Below are positions 1 to 16,128 of a stretch of DNA of 64,000 nt, piece by piece (the first letter of the stretch is position 1; every line of letters begins with the position of its first letter). The position numbers and the translations under genes were made by a program. This DNA comes from the human T2T-CHM13v2.0 reference genome, Homo sapiens. The DNA lies in NCBI RefSeq assembly GCF_009914755.1, contig NC_060925.1. One strand, 5' to 3'. Under the pieces are notes generated by a model. That model was not told where the DNA came from. It did no database searches and worked only from the letters and a program-made list of their open reading frames with translations.

Positions 1-261
1 CCGTCCCTGGCTAGAATGCAGCGACACAATCTCGCTCATTGCAAACTCTGTCTACTGGGTTCAAGTGATTCTCCTGCCTCAGGCTTTTGAGTACCTGGGA
101 TTACAGGTGGGCGTCACCACTCCTGGCTAATTTTTGTATTTTTAGTAGAGACAGGGTTTCACCATGTTGGCCAGGCTGGTCTTGAACTCCTGACCTCGCG
201 ATCCTCTGGCCTCGGCCTCCCAAAGTGCTGGGATTACAGGCATGAGCCCCCGCGCCTGGCC
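1..261 (-). mobile_element. AluS, runs off the window start
   Basis: Antisense Alu (tttttgtatttttagtagagacagggtttcaccatgttggccagg ... cgcgcctggcc). Confidence 0.95.
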
Positions 262-1497
262 GAAAAATCTTATAAATTTATAAGGTCTGCTTCTGTCTGT
301 GTGTCTGTTATGTTTATCCAAGTCATGTGTATGTGATATTTCACTACCAAATTAGATGAAAGAGCTCTAATCAATTGGACTAAAGAAAAATTAAGCACTT
401 AATTCAGAAAAATAGATACTAGCTCAAATGCTTTTTAGTTTATGTGATTTTAGTAATCTTTGGTAAATAAAACTAGTTTCAAAATTCTCTTCAATAATTT
501 AAAACCTTAAAGTCACGTTATGTTAAATAAGTAATTCTGTTTCTCACTAGAAATAGGCTTACTAAGAGTTAGAACAGTAGTTAATATATGTAATTGAAAC
601 TGCTAGATACAGGAGAAACTATTCTACATAGAAAGTATATAAAGAAAGGAAGATGTGTTTTTGGTAAATGTTAAAAAACAAGATGTAGGTTTTGCTTAAA
701 GGAAAAGTAATTGTGTCTACTTTAGAGGCTATTTAAAGACTGTTTCAAAATGAAGGAAAAACATGATGCAGATGAAACTAAATGGAAAGAAAGAGGAAGG
801 ACAAAAAAGTGGGGAATGAGGAACCTTTGATTCCTAGCTGGCCATGTAGTCACCCATGGTATGGAGCTGTAGCTGTGCTGCATTCAGCTGCTAAAGATAA
901 AATTTGCCTGTGAAATTTAGAGATGGCTCAAACTTCTGGGAAGTTGGTTCATTAGATGCATAAGGAGATGCAAACCAATAAGCACAAAGCTAAATATTCA
1001 ATCTCTTGGTTATTTTTATCAGTAATAGCTAAAATGAAAGTTGAAAAGTTTAAACAGGCTTTATGTAAGGTAGCTTTAACCTCTTTACCTAAATGTTTTT
1101 TGATAATGAATATTGTATCTGACTAGGGGATGTTTTCCCTACCTACTACTGTGAAACAGAAGGCATGTTCATCTGCCCTTTGAGCAATGTTAATTGGGCA
1201 CACTAAATGGGAACAAGTAAGACTGTCTGAGCCCACAGAGTGTAGAGTAGAAGCTGGAGTGCTGGTAGGGACAAATTCTCCACTTGACTGCCCTTTGTAG
1301 AGCCCATACTGGGGCTCATGGCAAAAGCCTATGAACACCTCCCAGTGATGACTACTGGGACTTTGGACTAGAGAATGTCCACTTGAGGGGCATTTACCAC
1401 CTTGGTATGGGATGCTAACTGAAGCTACCCGTATGCTAATGGAAATAACAGGGCCCAAAAGAGTTCCATGATAAAATGGAAATGGTTTACATAGTAC

Positions 1498-2188
1498 TGA
1501 AACTGCATTGCAAAATTGTATCTGAGACAGTGAAAGAGATTTGGCCTAACCAACTCTGTCTTGCTTCTGACCTCCAAGCTGTCCTTGTTCATTCTTGGGC
1601 ATAGGCTGATCTAACTTTGGGAGGAACTTAGTTTACAGTTTAAAACAAAGACAGTAACAGCCCTTTCCCAAAACAAACCTTCTTGCCTGGGGAATAGACT
1701 GCCTTTGTAGGACTAACAAATTAGCTACACAATTAGAAATTACGGTTTAGGAGTCATGCAGCTGGAGGATACAAGATTTTGACCCTCCCTAAATTGCTCC
1801 TAAGATCAGTGCTTGAGATATTTTGCAGCTTCTGCACTTGATGGATCAGCTGGCACCACCCAGATAGATAAACTGGGTCCTCTGATCTTGCGGCCCCTCC
1901 CCACCAGGAACTGACTCAATGCAAGAGGACAGCTTCAATTCCCTACAACTTCATTTCCTACTTAACTAATCAGCACTAATGGCTCACTGGCTCCCCACCA
2001 CCCACCAAGTTGTCCTTAAAAACTCTGCTCCCCAAATGTTCGGGGAGACTAATTTGAGTAATGATAAAACCGCAGTCTCCCACACAGCTGGCTCTGTGTG
2101 AATTACTCTTTCTCTATCGCAATTTCCCTGTCTTGAGACATTGGTTCTTTCCAGGCAGCAGCCAAGGCAAACCCATTGGGTGGCTACA
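1498..2188 (+). mobile_element. Solo LTR8 (ERV1 LTR)
   Basis: Starts tgaaactgcattgcaaaattgtatctgagacagtgaaagag, ends cccattgggtggctaca, with TG...CA termini. 691 bp, colinear with recalled LTR8 consensus. Confidence 0.88.
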
Positions 2189-2725
2189 GGATCATGCTAC
2201 CTGAGGAGTACAAGAAGGAAGTACTCACAGGCAGGGAGCTTCTCTTTTTTGTTTTTCCCTAGGACCGACACTGGAACTGTGTGAGAAGCTACTGAACAGC
2301 TCTGGGCTGATTGACAAAGAGCTGCTTGGGTTGGGGATAGTAGTTCCAAGGTGAACAAATGAAATCTTGTTTGGATTTCTACTACTCGGATTGAAGAAGG
2401 GTCAAAAAAACAAAAAATGTTTTCTTTTGAGCTATTTACAGCTTACGATGATTGAGGTAAAGTATATATTTTTTTGTGAGCAAAATTTACCTTTCTCTAG
2501 ACTTGAATTCTTCAAAATTTGAAAACTATTTGTGAGTATTCTTATTTTATTGGCAATATAGTTATTTGCATAAGTTTAGTAAGAATCTGTTTCCTTTTGT
2601 AACAGGACACAATTGGAGATGCTGGTCATTTTACCAGTGCTTTGACTGTGATGGCTTATCTTCACATATGAACAGACTGAGAAATTGAGTTTGGCTTTAT
2701 AAAGCCAATAAAAAGTCCCTTGGAA

Positions 2726-3030
2726 GCCGGGCATGGTGGCTCACACCCAGCACTTTGGGAGGCCGAGGCGGGTGGATCACGTGAGGTCAGGAGTTCAAGA
2801 CCAGCTCTGCCAACATGGTGAAACTCTGTCTCCACTAAAAACACAAAAATTAGCTGGGCACGGTGGCAGGCACCTGTAATCCCAGCTACTCGGGAGGCTG
2901 AGGCAGGAGAAGTGCTTGAACCTGGGGGGTGGAGGTTGCAGTGATGCAGTGAGCCAGGATAACACCACTGCACTCCAGCCTGGGCAAGAGTGAAACTCTG
3001 TCTCAAACAAAAACAAACAAAAAGAAACCA
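2726..3030 (+). mobile_element. AluS
   Basis: Dimeric Alu with A-rich tail; TSD aaaa(gt/c)cccttggaa at about 2711-2725 and 3031-3043. Confidence 0.95.
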
Positions 3031-3365
3031 AAACCCCTTGGAAAAACTGGCCTTGTAGCTTGGTTTCCTTACAAGGTTTCTGACTGTAGTGAGAAAAGCA
3101 TATCACTTTCTATCAGGCCCAGGAGCCTTAAGATATTCTGGGACCTTCTCTCTACTCTGTGAAAAGAGATAATTCCCACAAGTGTTTGCCAAAGTCTAAT
3201 GGCAAGCCCTTGTCTTGGCTTCTGATCGTGACGCTTCTAAAAAGTCAAATCCAAAATTCCTTATAAAAGCTTCACCAAAGCCAACTTAAAAGGAGGCTAT
3301 ATGGCTGATCGCTATTATTGCTACACTTTATGTAAGGAACCAGACCAAGTATAATGACACCAGCA

Positions 3366-3672
3366 TTTATTTTATTTATTTATTTTTTTGGGGATGGAGT
3401 TTTGCTCTGTTACCCAGGCTGGAGTGCAGAGGCGCGATTTTGGCTCACTGAAACCTCTGCCTCCTGGGTTCAAGTAATTCTCCTGCCTCAGCCTCCCAAG
3501 TAGCTGGGATTACAGGCACATGCCACCACACCCAGCCAATTTTTGTATTTTTAGTAGAGACGGGGTTTCACCATGTTGGCCAGGCTGGTTTCAAACTCCT
3601 GACCTCAAGTGATCCACCTGCCTCAGCCTCCTAAAGTGCTGGGATTACAGATGTAAGCCACTGCACCTGGCC
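3366..3672 (-). mobile_element. AluS
   Basis: Full antisense Alu with (TTTA)n-like tail. Confidence 0.95.
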
Positions 3673-3908
3673 CAAAATGTATTTTGCGAATAAATTTGAC
3701 TTACTATGATTAATTCTTGGTGGAAATGGGGGCACTGGAGAGAGAAAAATTTAGATTCTAGCCCTGACCATTGTTTTGAGTTTTTAAATTATGTGACTAC
3801 AATTTGGACTAATCCTGAATTATTTCCCAGCTACAAGAAATCTCTAAAAAAGAATCAGGTTCTAATTTTCTTTTTTAAAATTATTTATTTATTTATTTAT
3901 TTATTTGG

Positions 3909-3910
<2 letters not shown>

Positions 3911-3952
<42 letters not shown>
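3911..3952. repeat. (GT)21 microsatellite
   Basis: Perfect dinucleotide run. Confidence 0.98.
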
Positions 3953-3956
<4 letters not shown>

Positions 3957-3967
3957 TTTCTTCATGA

Positions 3968-4270
<303 letters not shown>

Positions 4271-4361
4271 TCATGATGCTTTTAGTTGGCTCCTTAATGG
4301 TATAGGTTTTTCATTTTTGTTGTTCTGGAATAAAAATTCTCACTCTCTCGCTCTCTCTCTC

Positions 4362-5526
<1,165 letters not shown>

Positions 5527-5699
5527 TAGAGATGATTCAACAGGCTGTGAATCTATTCCATTTGGAATCCTACTGGGCCTGATCTGTTTTCCATTGCCAA
5601 GGCACTGCTGTTTAAGCTATACCATATGAAGCACCCTCCCTAAAGGCTCAGGGGCCATAGTGAAAGAGGACACATGGGATTGTAAGAGCCAGATTATGG

Positions 5700-5965
5700 G
5701 GGTGGAGGGTAAAGGCTGAAGCAAGTCCATCTTGGATGCTAACTCACTATGTTAGCTTCTGATTAACCCCAGTTCCAGGAAGGCTGCTGAAATTTCCAGT
5801 TTATGTGTTGTTCCTTGTGTAAGAGCATGGACTTACTGCAAATCCTGCCCTTAGGGCAAATTCCTACCTATTCCTGCGGAAGCATGTGTATCATTCCCCT
5901 ATGGTTTATAACCCCTGAGTCTGGGGGTAATGGCACGGGGACCCACCAGCTTGTCTGCCGCCATC
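5700..5965 (+). mobile_element. Truncated LTR, LTR47-like
   Basis: aagcaagtccatcttggatgctaactcactatgttagcttctgattaaccccagttcc...tgttccttgtgtaagagcatg resembles recalled LTR47; 3' part missing. Confidence 0.55.
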
Positions 5966-6049
5966 TGGGGTAGGTTTGCATAAACACACCTGCCCACTGC
6001 GAAACAGTTCCTCTTCCTTGCTCTCCTCCCACCTTTTACTCTGACCCCT

Positions 6050-6402
6050 TTTCTTTCTTTCTCTCCTTCCTTCCTTCTTTCCTTCCTTCCTTCCTTCCTT
6101 TTTTCTTTCTTTTTTGTTTTTGAGATGGAGTCTCACTCTTGCCCAGGCTGCAGTGCAGAGGCACGATCTCGGCTCACTGCAACCTCCAGCCCCTGGGCTC
6201 TAGCAATCCTTCCACCTCAGCCTCCCAAATAGCTAGGACCACTGATGCCAGCAACCATGACCAGCTACATTTTTGTATTTTTGGTAGAGACGGGGTTTCG
6301 CCATGTTGCTCAGGCTGATCTTGAACTCCCGAGCTCAAGTGATCCGCCCGTCTCAGCTTCCCAAAGTGCTGAGATTACAGGCATGAGCCACCATGCCCAG
6401 CC
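6050..6402 (-). mobile_element. Alu with (TTCC)n-expanded tail
   Basis: Antisense Alu preceded by a pyrimidine repeat. Confidence 0.92.
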
Positions 6403-7009
6403 ACCTGAGAGACATCCTCTTTTCTATGGCCTTGTTGTTCCTATCTTGCTCAGTTTGGATTTTATGCCCAGGCTTTTCTCCTCAGGGTGGAGCTTTGTCC
6501 TAGAAAGATGGTTTGGTTTGGTTTGTTTGAGAGTTCACAGGGCCCAGACCTCTAGGCCACTCCAGCGTGGCCAGAGGTTTCCCTAGTCTCCATGTGACCA
6601 CATTTCTTCTCAATGCCAGCTTTGCTGCTGTTCTCCAGTGGCCCACTGAACTTTCCAGTGAGTTCCTTTGGTGATTTGGGGTCATTCAGTTCTTATGGAT
6701 ATCACGAGTCCCTTTACCTTCCGTCTTCTTGATGCCGTGTAGACCATGCAATTATAAGTAGCTTGTTTCCACTCACTCAAATTTTGGAGCTCAAGGAGAA
6801 TCTGGTTGCTAGGGTTTGTTGTAGTTGCTGGCCATGGGTTTTTGATTTTGCTAACCTAGCTGTTGGGAATGTTTTAGTGGTAGGATGCAAGGAGATTCAA
6901 AATGTTCTACCTGATTGCACAACTTGGTAAATTTACTAAAAATTGTTGAATTGTGCACTGAATATGGGTAAATTTAAAAAATATATATGTATATATTTAA
7001 TAATAAAAC

Positions 7010-7128
7010 AGACATGGGGTCTCACTATATGGCCCAGGCTGGGCTTGAACTCCTGGGCTAAAGCTATCATCCTGCCTCGGCCTCCCAAAGTGCTAGGATG
7101 ACAGGCATGAACCACCTACTGCACACGG
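7010..7128 (-). mobile_element. FLAM/Alu left monomer, next to an L1M 3' fragment (~6900-6990)
   Basis: gacatggggtctcactatatggcccaggctgggcttgaactcctgggct... Confidence 0.85.
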
Positions 7129-8735
7129 CTGCTTTTCTGTTCTTAAGACCATTATGCCCACTGTTAGAGAAGCACTACACTTGTTGGTGAAGTGGTCACC
7201 TGCAGGAACAGCTCCACCAGGCAGCGTCTTTTTGCAGGGCCAGCAAGACTGGTCACCACTGTTTACCCCACTGATCAGTTCTAGAAGCAAGTAGATCCAG
7301 AGACACCACTACTGAGTTTCTTCATGGCCAAGACTTCTGCTCTTCTAGCACTGGGTGGATGATAGGAAACCATGCACATTCTTTTTGGTAAAACAGGGAG
7401 CCCACATCTGAAGAACAGCAAGTACCAAATAGGGCAAACTGAGTTAGAAAACCTGGACTTAAATTACAGCAAGGTAGATTGTGATCATATCACCAGGGAT
7501 GTGAAATGCAGGACTGATGGTTAAGCACTGGCAACTAGAGTAAGACAGGTTCGATTTAGAATGCCATCTCCATCATTTCTTAGCTATGTGGTGTTAGGCA
7601 AATTTTTTACCCTCTCTGAGCCTCATTTTCCTTGCCTGTTGTTTAGTATTAAGGGTTAAATGAGATAACACATACAAAGGATTTAGTGTAGTAACAGGCA
7701 TTATCAAGCATTGGTTAAATGCTGGGCTGGGTCTCCAAGACTGTGGGCTCCTCCTTAAAACTCCTTACTGAGAAAGACATTTATCCATTTTTGCAGTTTG
7801 ACCTCCCCTTGTCTGAGGTCAAGGTGGCAGATTTGCTTCCCGTCTTTCTTAGCTTTATAAGACCTAGGAGAGCCAACACAGAGTTGGTGCAAAATAGAAT
7901 TTCAGGGAAGTGTCTGCAGGGGGCAGAATTTCAACAGGGAAATAACTATCATTAATGTTTGACACAATCACAGCCATTAGCTATTGTCACTGAAACGATT
8001 ATCCAGTGGAAGGAAAACAAACAAAAACCCCTGCACCCTGTTATCAAATGTTTCATAGAAACCATTGCTGACTGGGTGGATACAGTAGGTCGTTCTGTGC
8101 TGTGGATACACACCTTTTGTCTCCTACCCAGGCAGGGATCCTGGATGGGGTGAGGCTGTCTGAGCTGCAGGCTTGGGAAGCAAACCAGAAAGGGCAGGGA
8201 GGCAGCTTGAGGGTTTCTGTGGGCTGGGCGTGTTTTTGCTGTCTCTGCGGGGTTGTTTTGATCTCCCAGGCACAGAACATTTGAGTGCTCTTTGCAAAAC
8301 CCTTTTTCGGGACTCATTGATGATGAAATGCCACTCCACAGAGGCGATGAGCAAAGGAACACCACTGGACATCTGGATGGGACACATGCTAGGCCCCTCC
8401 ACCCCAACATGTCCTCAGTGACACTCATCACTTGCCTCCCAAACTGGTTCCTCCTCCAGTTCAGTGAATTATGTCACCATGACTTAGTCACCATGCTGAA
8501 AATCTGGGTGTCCTCTCTCTTCCTTCTCCCTCTCTGCCCACTTTCCTCTCTCCCTGTGGCATTCATAGATTCTAGCTGACTAACCCAGAGGCACCCTAGT
8601 GCTCACCATGCCTCTCCAACTGAGTGTAGACCATTCCTCCCCACTTGATCATGGCAATGGTCTCTCTAAGTAAATACCTGCCTCTAGCCACAGCCACATG
8701 CACCTCACCATTTCCTTGCAGTACTCCCTGGCCAT

Positions 8736-8945
8736 CTTTCTTTATTTTTCTGGAGAAAGGGCCTTGCTCTGTAACTCAGGCTAGAGTGAAGTGGTGTGAT
8801 CAGAGCTCACTGTAACCTTGAACTCCTGGGCTTAAGCGATCCTCCTGCCCCAGCTTCCTGAGTAGCTAGGATCCCAGGCACACACCACCACTCCTGGCTA
8901 ATTTTTAAATTTTTTGTAGAGATGAAGTTTTGCTAGGCTGCCCAA
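8736..8945 (-). mobile_element. AluJ fragment
   Basis: Right arm plus partial left arm, old-subfamily wording (gagctcactgtaaccttgaactcctgggc). Confidence 0.88.
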
Positions 8946-9626
8946 GTTCTATCCTTCTAAAACTAGACACACACCCCACTAAAATTTTAGTGACATTATT
9001 ACCAAAGAAAGGAGAGCACAGATACTAGGAAATATAGCTGTCTTTGTCATGTGCATTATGAGCCAGGCACTGTGCTGAACAATACACATAAATCTCTCAA
9101 TCATCAAGATTACATGAAAAAGGCATGCAGAACTCTAGGTCAGTGGCATTTCCTTTTCCTTTCCTTCAGTAAGTCTTTTCTCAGCTACAACTTCCTCCTT
9201 TAAGGATGCTAGAGATTTTTGCTCAGGGACTGGAGACATTCCCTTATAGAAAACATTATTATGTTCTATTTAATGTATAAGAAAACAGAGGCTCAGAGAG
9301 GTTAAGTAAGTTGACTAATGCCACGCAGTAAGGGAAAAAGTCTTAATGTTATCTCGGGTAATCTGACTTCCCAGGCTTCCTGTTTAACCACTTACGCTAA
9401 ACTAAGGACAAGTAATAAGGTCCTTGCATCTCAGGAACATGGGCCAGTAGGACAGGTGGATCTAAACAAGTACCGTTAATGAGGTATGACAGATATTCTG
9501 GAGACCTGAGGGAGAAGTGGGCCAGTTGTTTTCCTTACCTTTTCTCCACACCTCACAGCTTGGCTTTTACATTGTATCAGCATAGTCTTCACAATTTTGA
9601 GGTCAAAATGTTTTAAAATATTAGAA

Positions 9627-9918
9627 GGCCGGGAGTGGTGGCTCATGCCTGTAATCCCAGCACTTTGGGAGGCAGAGGCAGGAGGATCACTTGAGCTTAG
9701 GAGTTTGAGACCAGCCTGGCCAACATGGTGAAATCTCATCTTTACAAAAAATACAAAAATTAGCCGGGTATGGTGGTGCACGCCTGTAGTCCTAGCTACT
9801 CAGGAGGCTGAGGTGGGAGGATGGCTTGAGCCCCAAGAGAGTGGTTGTAGTGAGCTAAGATCATGCCACTGGACTCCAGCCTAGGGGACAGAGTGAGACC
9901 CTGACTTAAAAAAAAAAT
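9627..9918 (+). mobile_element. AluJ
   Basis: Full Alu; aaaatattagaa / aaaaattagaa flanks. Confidence 0.93.
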
Positions 9919-10065
9919 TAGAAAATACTGTACAATTGGAGAATGGGCCCAGTGGAATGATTGTTCTCCGCCTAGCTCTGCTCCCATGTCCCGCAAATTG
10001 TGCCCCCACTCAGTGTAGAGCCTTTTACTCCTGCTATTAGAGTCATGATCCACGAAGCTTCTTCA

Positions 10066-10123
10066 AAAAGAAGGAAGGAAGGAGAAAGAAAGGAAGGAAG
10101 GAAGGAAGGAAGGAAGGAAGGAA

Positions 10124-10165
<42 letters not shown>

Positions 10166-10272
10166 AAAGGAAAGAAGGAAAGAAAGGAAGGAAGGAAGGA
10201 AGGAAGAAAAGAAAAAAGAGAAAAGAAAAAGAGGGAGAGAGAGGGGGAGGGAGGGAGAGAAAAGAAGAAAGA
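10066..10272. repeat. Compound (GGAA)n/(GAAA)n purine tract
   Basis: About 200 bp with only A/G on the + strand; 9 consecutive GGAA at 10092-10127. Confidence 0.97.
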
Positions 10273-10330
10273 ATCGTGAGCAGATTCTGATAAGCTCTGA
10301 TCTTTGATCTTGGGACATTGGTGAGTATGA

Positions 10331-10689
<359 letters not shown>

Positions 10690-11693
10690 TTACAGCACAA
10701 AGTCTGACAGCTCACAAAAATGAACCTTCACAGATCTATCCATCAATTCTTCTCTCTCAGAAAAATGCGGTCGCTACTAAACGGGCCCTGGACTTCATTT
10801 CCATGGGGAGCACTGTATGAGTGTGCCCCTGAAACTAGTGTCCTTCTCCCTCCGTCCCTCCTCTCTTCTTTCCTTTCTCTTACTTTCTCTTTTCCTTCCT
10901 CCTCAACTGTGTATTAAGATCTTTTTCTGCCAGGTACAGTGCTGGAAGCGGGGATACAGGGACAAATAAGACACAGATCCTGTTCCTAAAGAGGTAATGT
11001 TCCCATTATAGAAGGGAAGAACATGGACTTTGGGGCCTGAGTGTGTCAAACAAAATTCCAGCTCCACTACTTGCCAGCTGTGTGATCTTGACAAGTTCTT
11101 TAACCTCTCTGGGTCTCAGTTTCCTCATGTGTGAGATAGTCTAACACAGGAATCTGCCTCAGAGTTGTTGTGTGGCTTACAATGAGAGGATTATATATGT
11201 TATGCACCTAGAATGGTGCCAGGCACATGAAAATACTACATAGGTATTTATTATTATTTGCATACTGTATAGTACAGTCCTGAAAGCTGCATTCTGATCA
11301 CTTATATTCTCCCAAGATAAATCACACAGCATGGCACATAGTAACTTCTCAATCCATAAAATCATAATTTGAATGGAAAATTCTGGAATTATTTTAGGTA
11401 AGCTGTTATTTTGTTCCTCCTTGCTGAAGTGTGAAGAATACACAAAACTAATCTGTTACGGGAATTTTATGAGTATGACATCTTTTGTGTCGAGACAAAA
11501 CAATGATAAAAACCTAGTAGTGAAGACAGGCTGAAAGGCTTAACTATTGCCATCTAAGTTGGCCTGGAATGAATTCTCTACCCTGGGACCCAAAAAGTGG
11601 TGATAAGTTATGAATTAAACTGGACAAGACAATCCTAGGCCTGCTGACTCTAACCGGGGATTAGCAATGTGCAATAGAGTTCAGCACTCCAAC

Positions 11694-11998
11694 TTTTCTT
11701 TCTTTCTTTTTTTTTTTTTTTTGTATTTTTTAGACAGGGTCTCACTCTGTTGCCCAGGCTGGAGTGCAGTGGCACGATCATGGCATACTGCAGCCTTGAC
11801 CTCCTGGACTCAACCTCCCGAGTAGCTGGGACCACAGGTGGTTGCCACCACGCCTGGCTAATTTATTATTATTATTATTCTCAGAGACAGGGTCTTGCTA
11901 TGTTGCCCAGGCTGGTCTTGAACTCCTGGGCTCAAGTGATCCTCCTGCCTTGGTGTCCCAAAGTGCTGGGATTACATGCATAAGCCACTGCATCCTGC
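11694..11998 (-). mobile_element. AluJ
   Basis: Antisense Alu with (ATT)n linker. Confidence 0.92.
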
Positions 11999-12213
11999 CA
12001 GCACTTCAGCTTTCAGCAAAGGAAAAAGAAAGAACAAATTTTAACCAAGCTTCACCATCCTCACAATACACATCGTGTGTGTGAGAGTGGGGTGGTAGTG
12101 TTGGCCAGGGGGTGTGCTGGGAGCATGAATCTGCAGTATCAATTGAGGAAGCCAATATTTTAAGCTATTCTTGGATTGAGTTTTTTTTCCCATTTCTGTT
12201 AGAGCATTTATTT

Positions 12214-12294
12214 ATTAATTTTTTGAAGTGAGAGCAAGTTTATTAAGAAAGTAAAAGAATAAAAAGAATGGCTACTCCATAGGCAGAGCAGCCC
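12214..12294 (-). mobile_element. Polyadenylated MER41-like LTR fragment (retrocopy)
   Basis: Minus strand reads gggctgctctgcctatggagtagccattc...cttAATAAActtgctctcacttc then an A-rich tail; degenerate TSD on both sides. Confidence 0.7.
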
Positions 12295-12606
12295 AGACCA
12301 TTTCTTTTAAAGGTGTTATTAGGAATAATTATTACTCTCTTGGGGACTTTCTTTTTATAAAGTTAAGTAATCACACGTGTGTTTGAAGTAGGTCAACAAA
12401 GAGGAGTTGTCTGGTTTTGCTTTCTAAGCAACTCTGCCTGTATTGTCATCTACATAACTTTTTAATTAAAAGTCTCTTTCAAGTTCACAAATAAGAACTG
12501 TCCCCCTGCTGCCTGAAAGCGCTGATTTACACTGACAAATGTCTCAAAAAGGCATGTCACAAATATGGGTAGACAAAAAGATTATTCATGTTCACAGGAT
12601 TTAAAG

Positions 12607-12794
12607 CAGGGATGTCTAATCTTTTGGCTTCCTTGGGCCACACTGGCAAAATTGTCTCAGGCCACACGTAAAATACACTAATACTAGCAATAGCTGATGA
12701 GCTAAAAAAAAATTGCAAAAAATATCTAATAATGTTTTAAGAAAGTTTACAAATTTGTTTTGGGCTGCACTCAAAGCTGTCCTGGGCTGCACTG
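12607..12794 (+). mobile_element. MER30 (hAT-Charlie MITE) with deletion near the 3' end
   Basis: cagggatgtctaatcttttggcttccttgggccacactgg...; 8-bp TSD atttaaag at 12599-12606 and 12795-12802. Confidence 0.88.
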
Positions 12795-13159
12795 ATTTAA
12801 AGCTTTGATTCAAGTGTTTCTACAAAGACAAGTGGGACTGGAACAGCCAATATTATTTCAAAAGTCATGATATTACTCGGGGCTTGGTAGGGCTCAGGTA
12901 ACTTATCTGAATCAAAAATTAAAACAGAATGATGCTGTGGGTGAGCCAGGCAGACTTGTGAATGTGACCTTCTTTGGAAAAAGGATCTTTATAGTTGTAA
13001 TTAACTTGAGGCTCACTCCAAGTCCAGCTGCATCAGTTACTCATTGTGTATCTTGGGCAAGTTTCTTTTCTGAGCCTCAGTTTCTTTGTCTACAAATTGG
13101 AGCAAATAATAAAACTCTACAATCTTCAAATCCAAAAGTTTTGGAAACTGATGCTCTAT

Positions 13160-13463
<304 letters not shown>

Positions 13464-14058
13464 TGGAAACTGATATTCTATTCTTAACTACTTTGGTGAT
13501 GAAATCTAATTGACCTGAACTAATTTATTCATAAAACCCTTTCATGTGGCTTTTTATAGTCAGTGTTTATTTTATTTAATGTTAATCTACATGTTTTGCT
13601 ACACAATTATTAAAGTATTAGTTTAATAATTGGAGTACAACCCCAGACCCTGCTGGGGGTGGCACATACTATGTTATACTTGTAACATTTTTTTTCTTAA
13701 AAATGTATACAATTTTGAGTTTCAAAACACACCTGGCCCCAAAGATTTCAGACAACAAACTGTGGACCCATATCTTCCTCATAGGATCATGACAACAGCA
13801 TGAAACAATGCAAGTAGAATTTCTGGAATACCCTATGTTAATGCCATTTCCCTTCCCCTTTTCCCTGAAGAGTCTTTTCTAAGGCACCAACTACTTCCTT
13901 CAAGCAGCAGCCAGAGATCTTTGCTTAATGGCTGGTAAGGTTTTTCTAAACTTTTGGCATCTATATCTGTTGGTCCAACTTGCCTATTAGTCTGTAAACT
14001 CCTTCAGGGTAGGGATTGTGTTCCAGTGATTAGCGGCACACAATCTTCCAAAAGTTTA

Positions 14059-14250
<192 letters not shown>

Positions 14251-14477
14251 TTATTTATTAGATTTCTGGTGGGACTCATAGTCTCCTGATCACATTTTGG
14301 GTAGGGATGCACCATGGAAGGGGGATTTACTACAGAAGTACAAGAAAAGTTTTGGAGTCTTGGGGAAGCCAGCAGAAGAGCGCAGCCGTGGGAGGCAATG
14401 ATAGGGACTCCCTGCATCCAGGTTTGCTTGGCACTCTCCCACTTTAAACCTGTTGTCACAGGACAATCATTGACTCA

Positions 14478-15169
<692 letters not shown>

Positions 15170-15482
15170 ACCCCCATTTTTTCTCTTGCATTCTCAAATA
15201 TATCTTCATTTGGATAAATCATGTGGACACCCTGTACAAGCAGCACCAGGGGGCAGTCTCAGGGTGGAAGGAGTTTTTTTTGTGTGCAGAGTGGAAGGGG
15301 AGGGGGGTTCACTAAAAGGAGAGAAGAGGGTGCCTAGAAAGGCAGACTTGAGGGGTGGAGGAGACAGAAGTGAGGCTAGCAAAAACCTAGATCCCCTTAG
15401 CAATGATTAAGAGCATAGTCTTTGGAATCAATAGACATGAGGCTACATGCCAGCTGTATAACTTATTGACTGTCTAACATAT

Positions 15483-15932
15483 TGTAGTGGGTTAAATTGT
15501 GGCCTCTAAAAAGATACATCCATGTCTTAACTCTAGGAACTTATGAATGTGACTCTTAGAAAAAGAGTCTTTGTAGATGTAATTAACTTAAGGCTCTCGA
15601 GAGGAGATCACCCTGGATTATTCTGGTGGGTCCTAAATCCAATGACAAATATCTTTATAAGAGAAACACAGAGGAGAGACCCAGAGAGAAGGAGAAGGCC
15701 GCATGAAGATGGAGCAGAGACTGGAGTTATTCAGCCAAGTCAAGGAATGCCTGGAGCACCAGAAGCCGGAAGAGGCAAGGAAGGATCCTCCCTTAGAGCA
15801 TTTGGAAGAGTGTGGCCCTGCCAACACCTTGACTTCAAACTTCTGGCCTCCATAACTATGAAATAAATTCTTGTTGTTTTAAGCCACCAAGTTTGTGGTA
15901 ACTTCTTACAGCAACCCTAGGAAATTAACACA
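15483..15932 (+). mobile_element. MLT1C-like MaLR LTR inside a MIR
   Basis: tgtagtgggttaaattgtggcc...ttttaagccaccaagtttgtggtaacttcttacagcaaccctaggaaattaacaca. Confidence 0.85.
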
Positions 15933-16128
15933 CAGAGTGTCAGTTACCTAAACATTGTGAGCCTCAGTTACCTTATCTGAAAATGGGGCTAAAACTTAGA
16001 CCTACCTTTTAGGGCTGCTTTAAGGAGTAATAGAAATTATACATGGGAATTACATGGCACCAAGTTGTTCCTTAATAGAGGGAAACTGTTATGATGGCGG
16101 AAGAGCAGTAATGAAATACTGAATTCAT

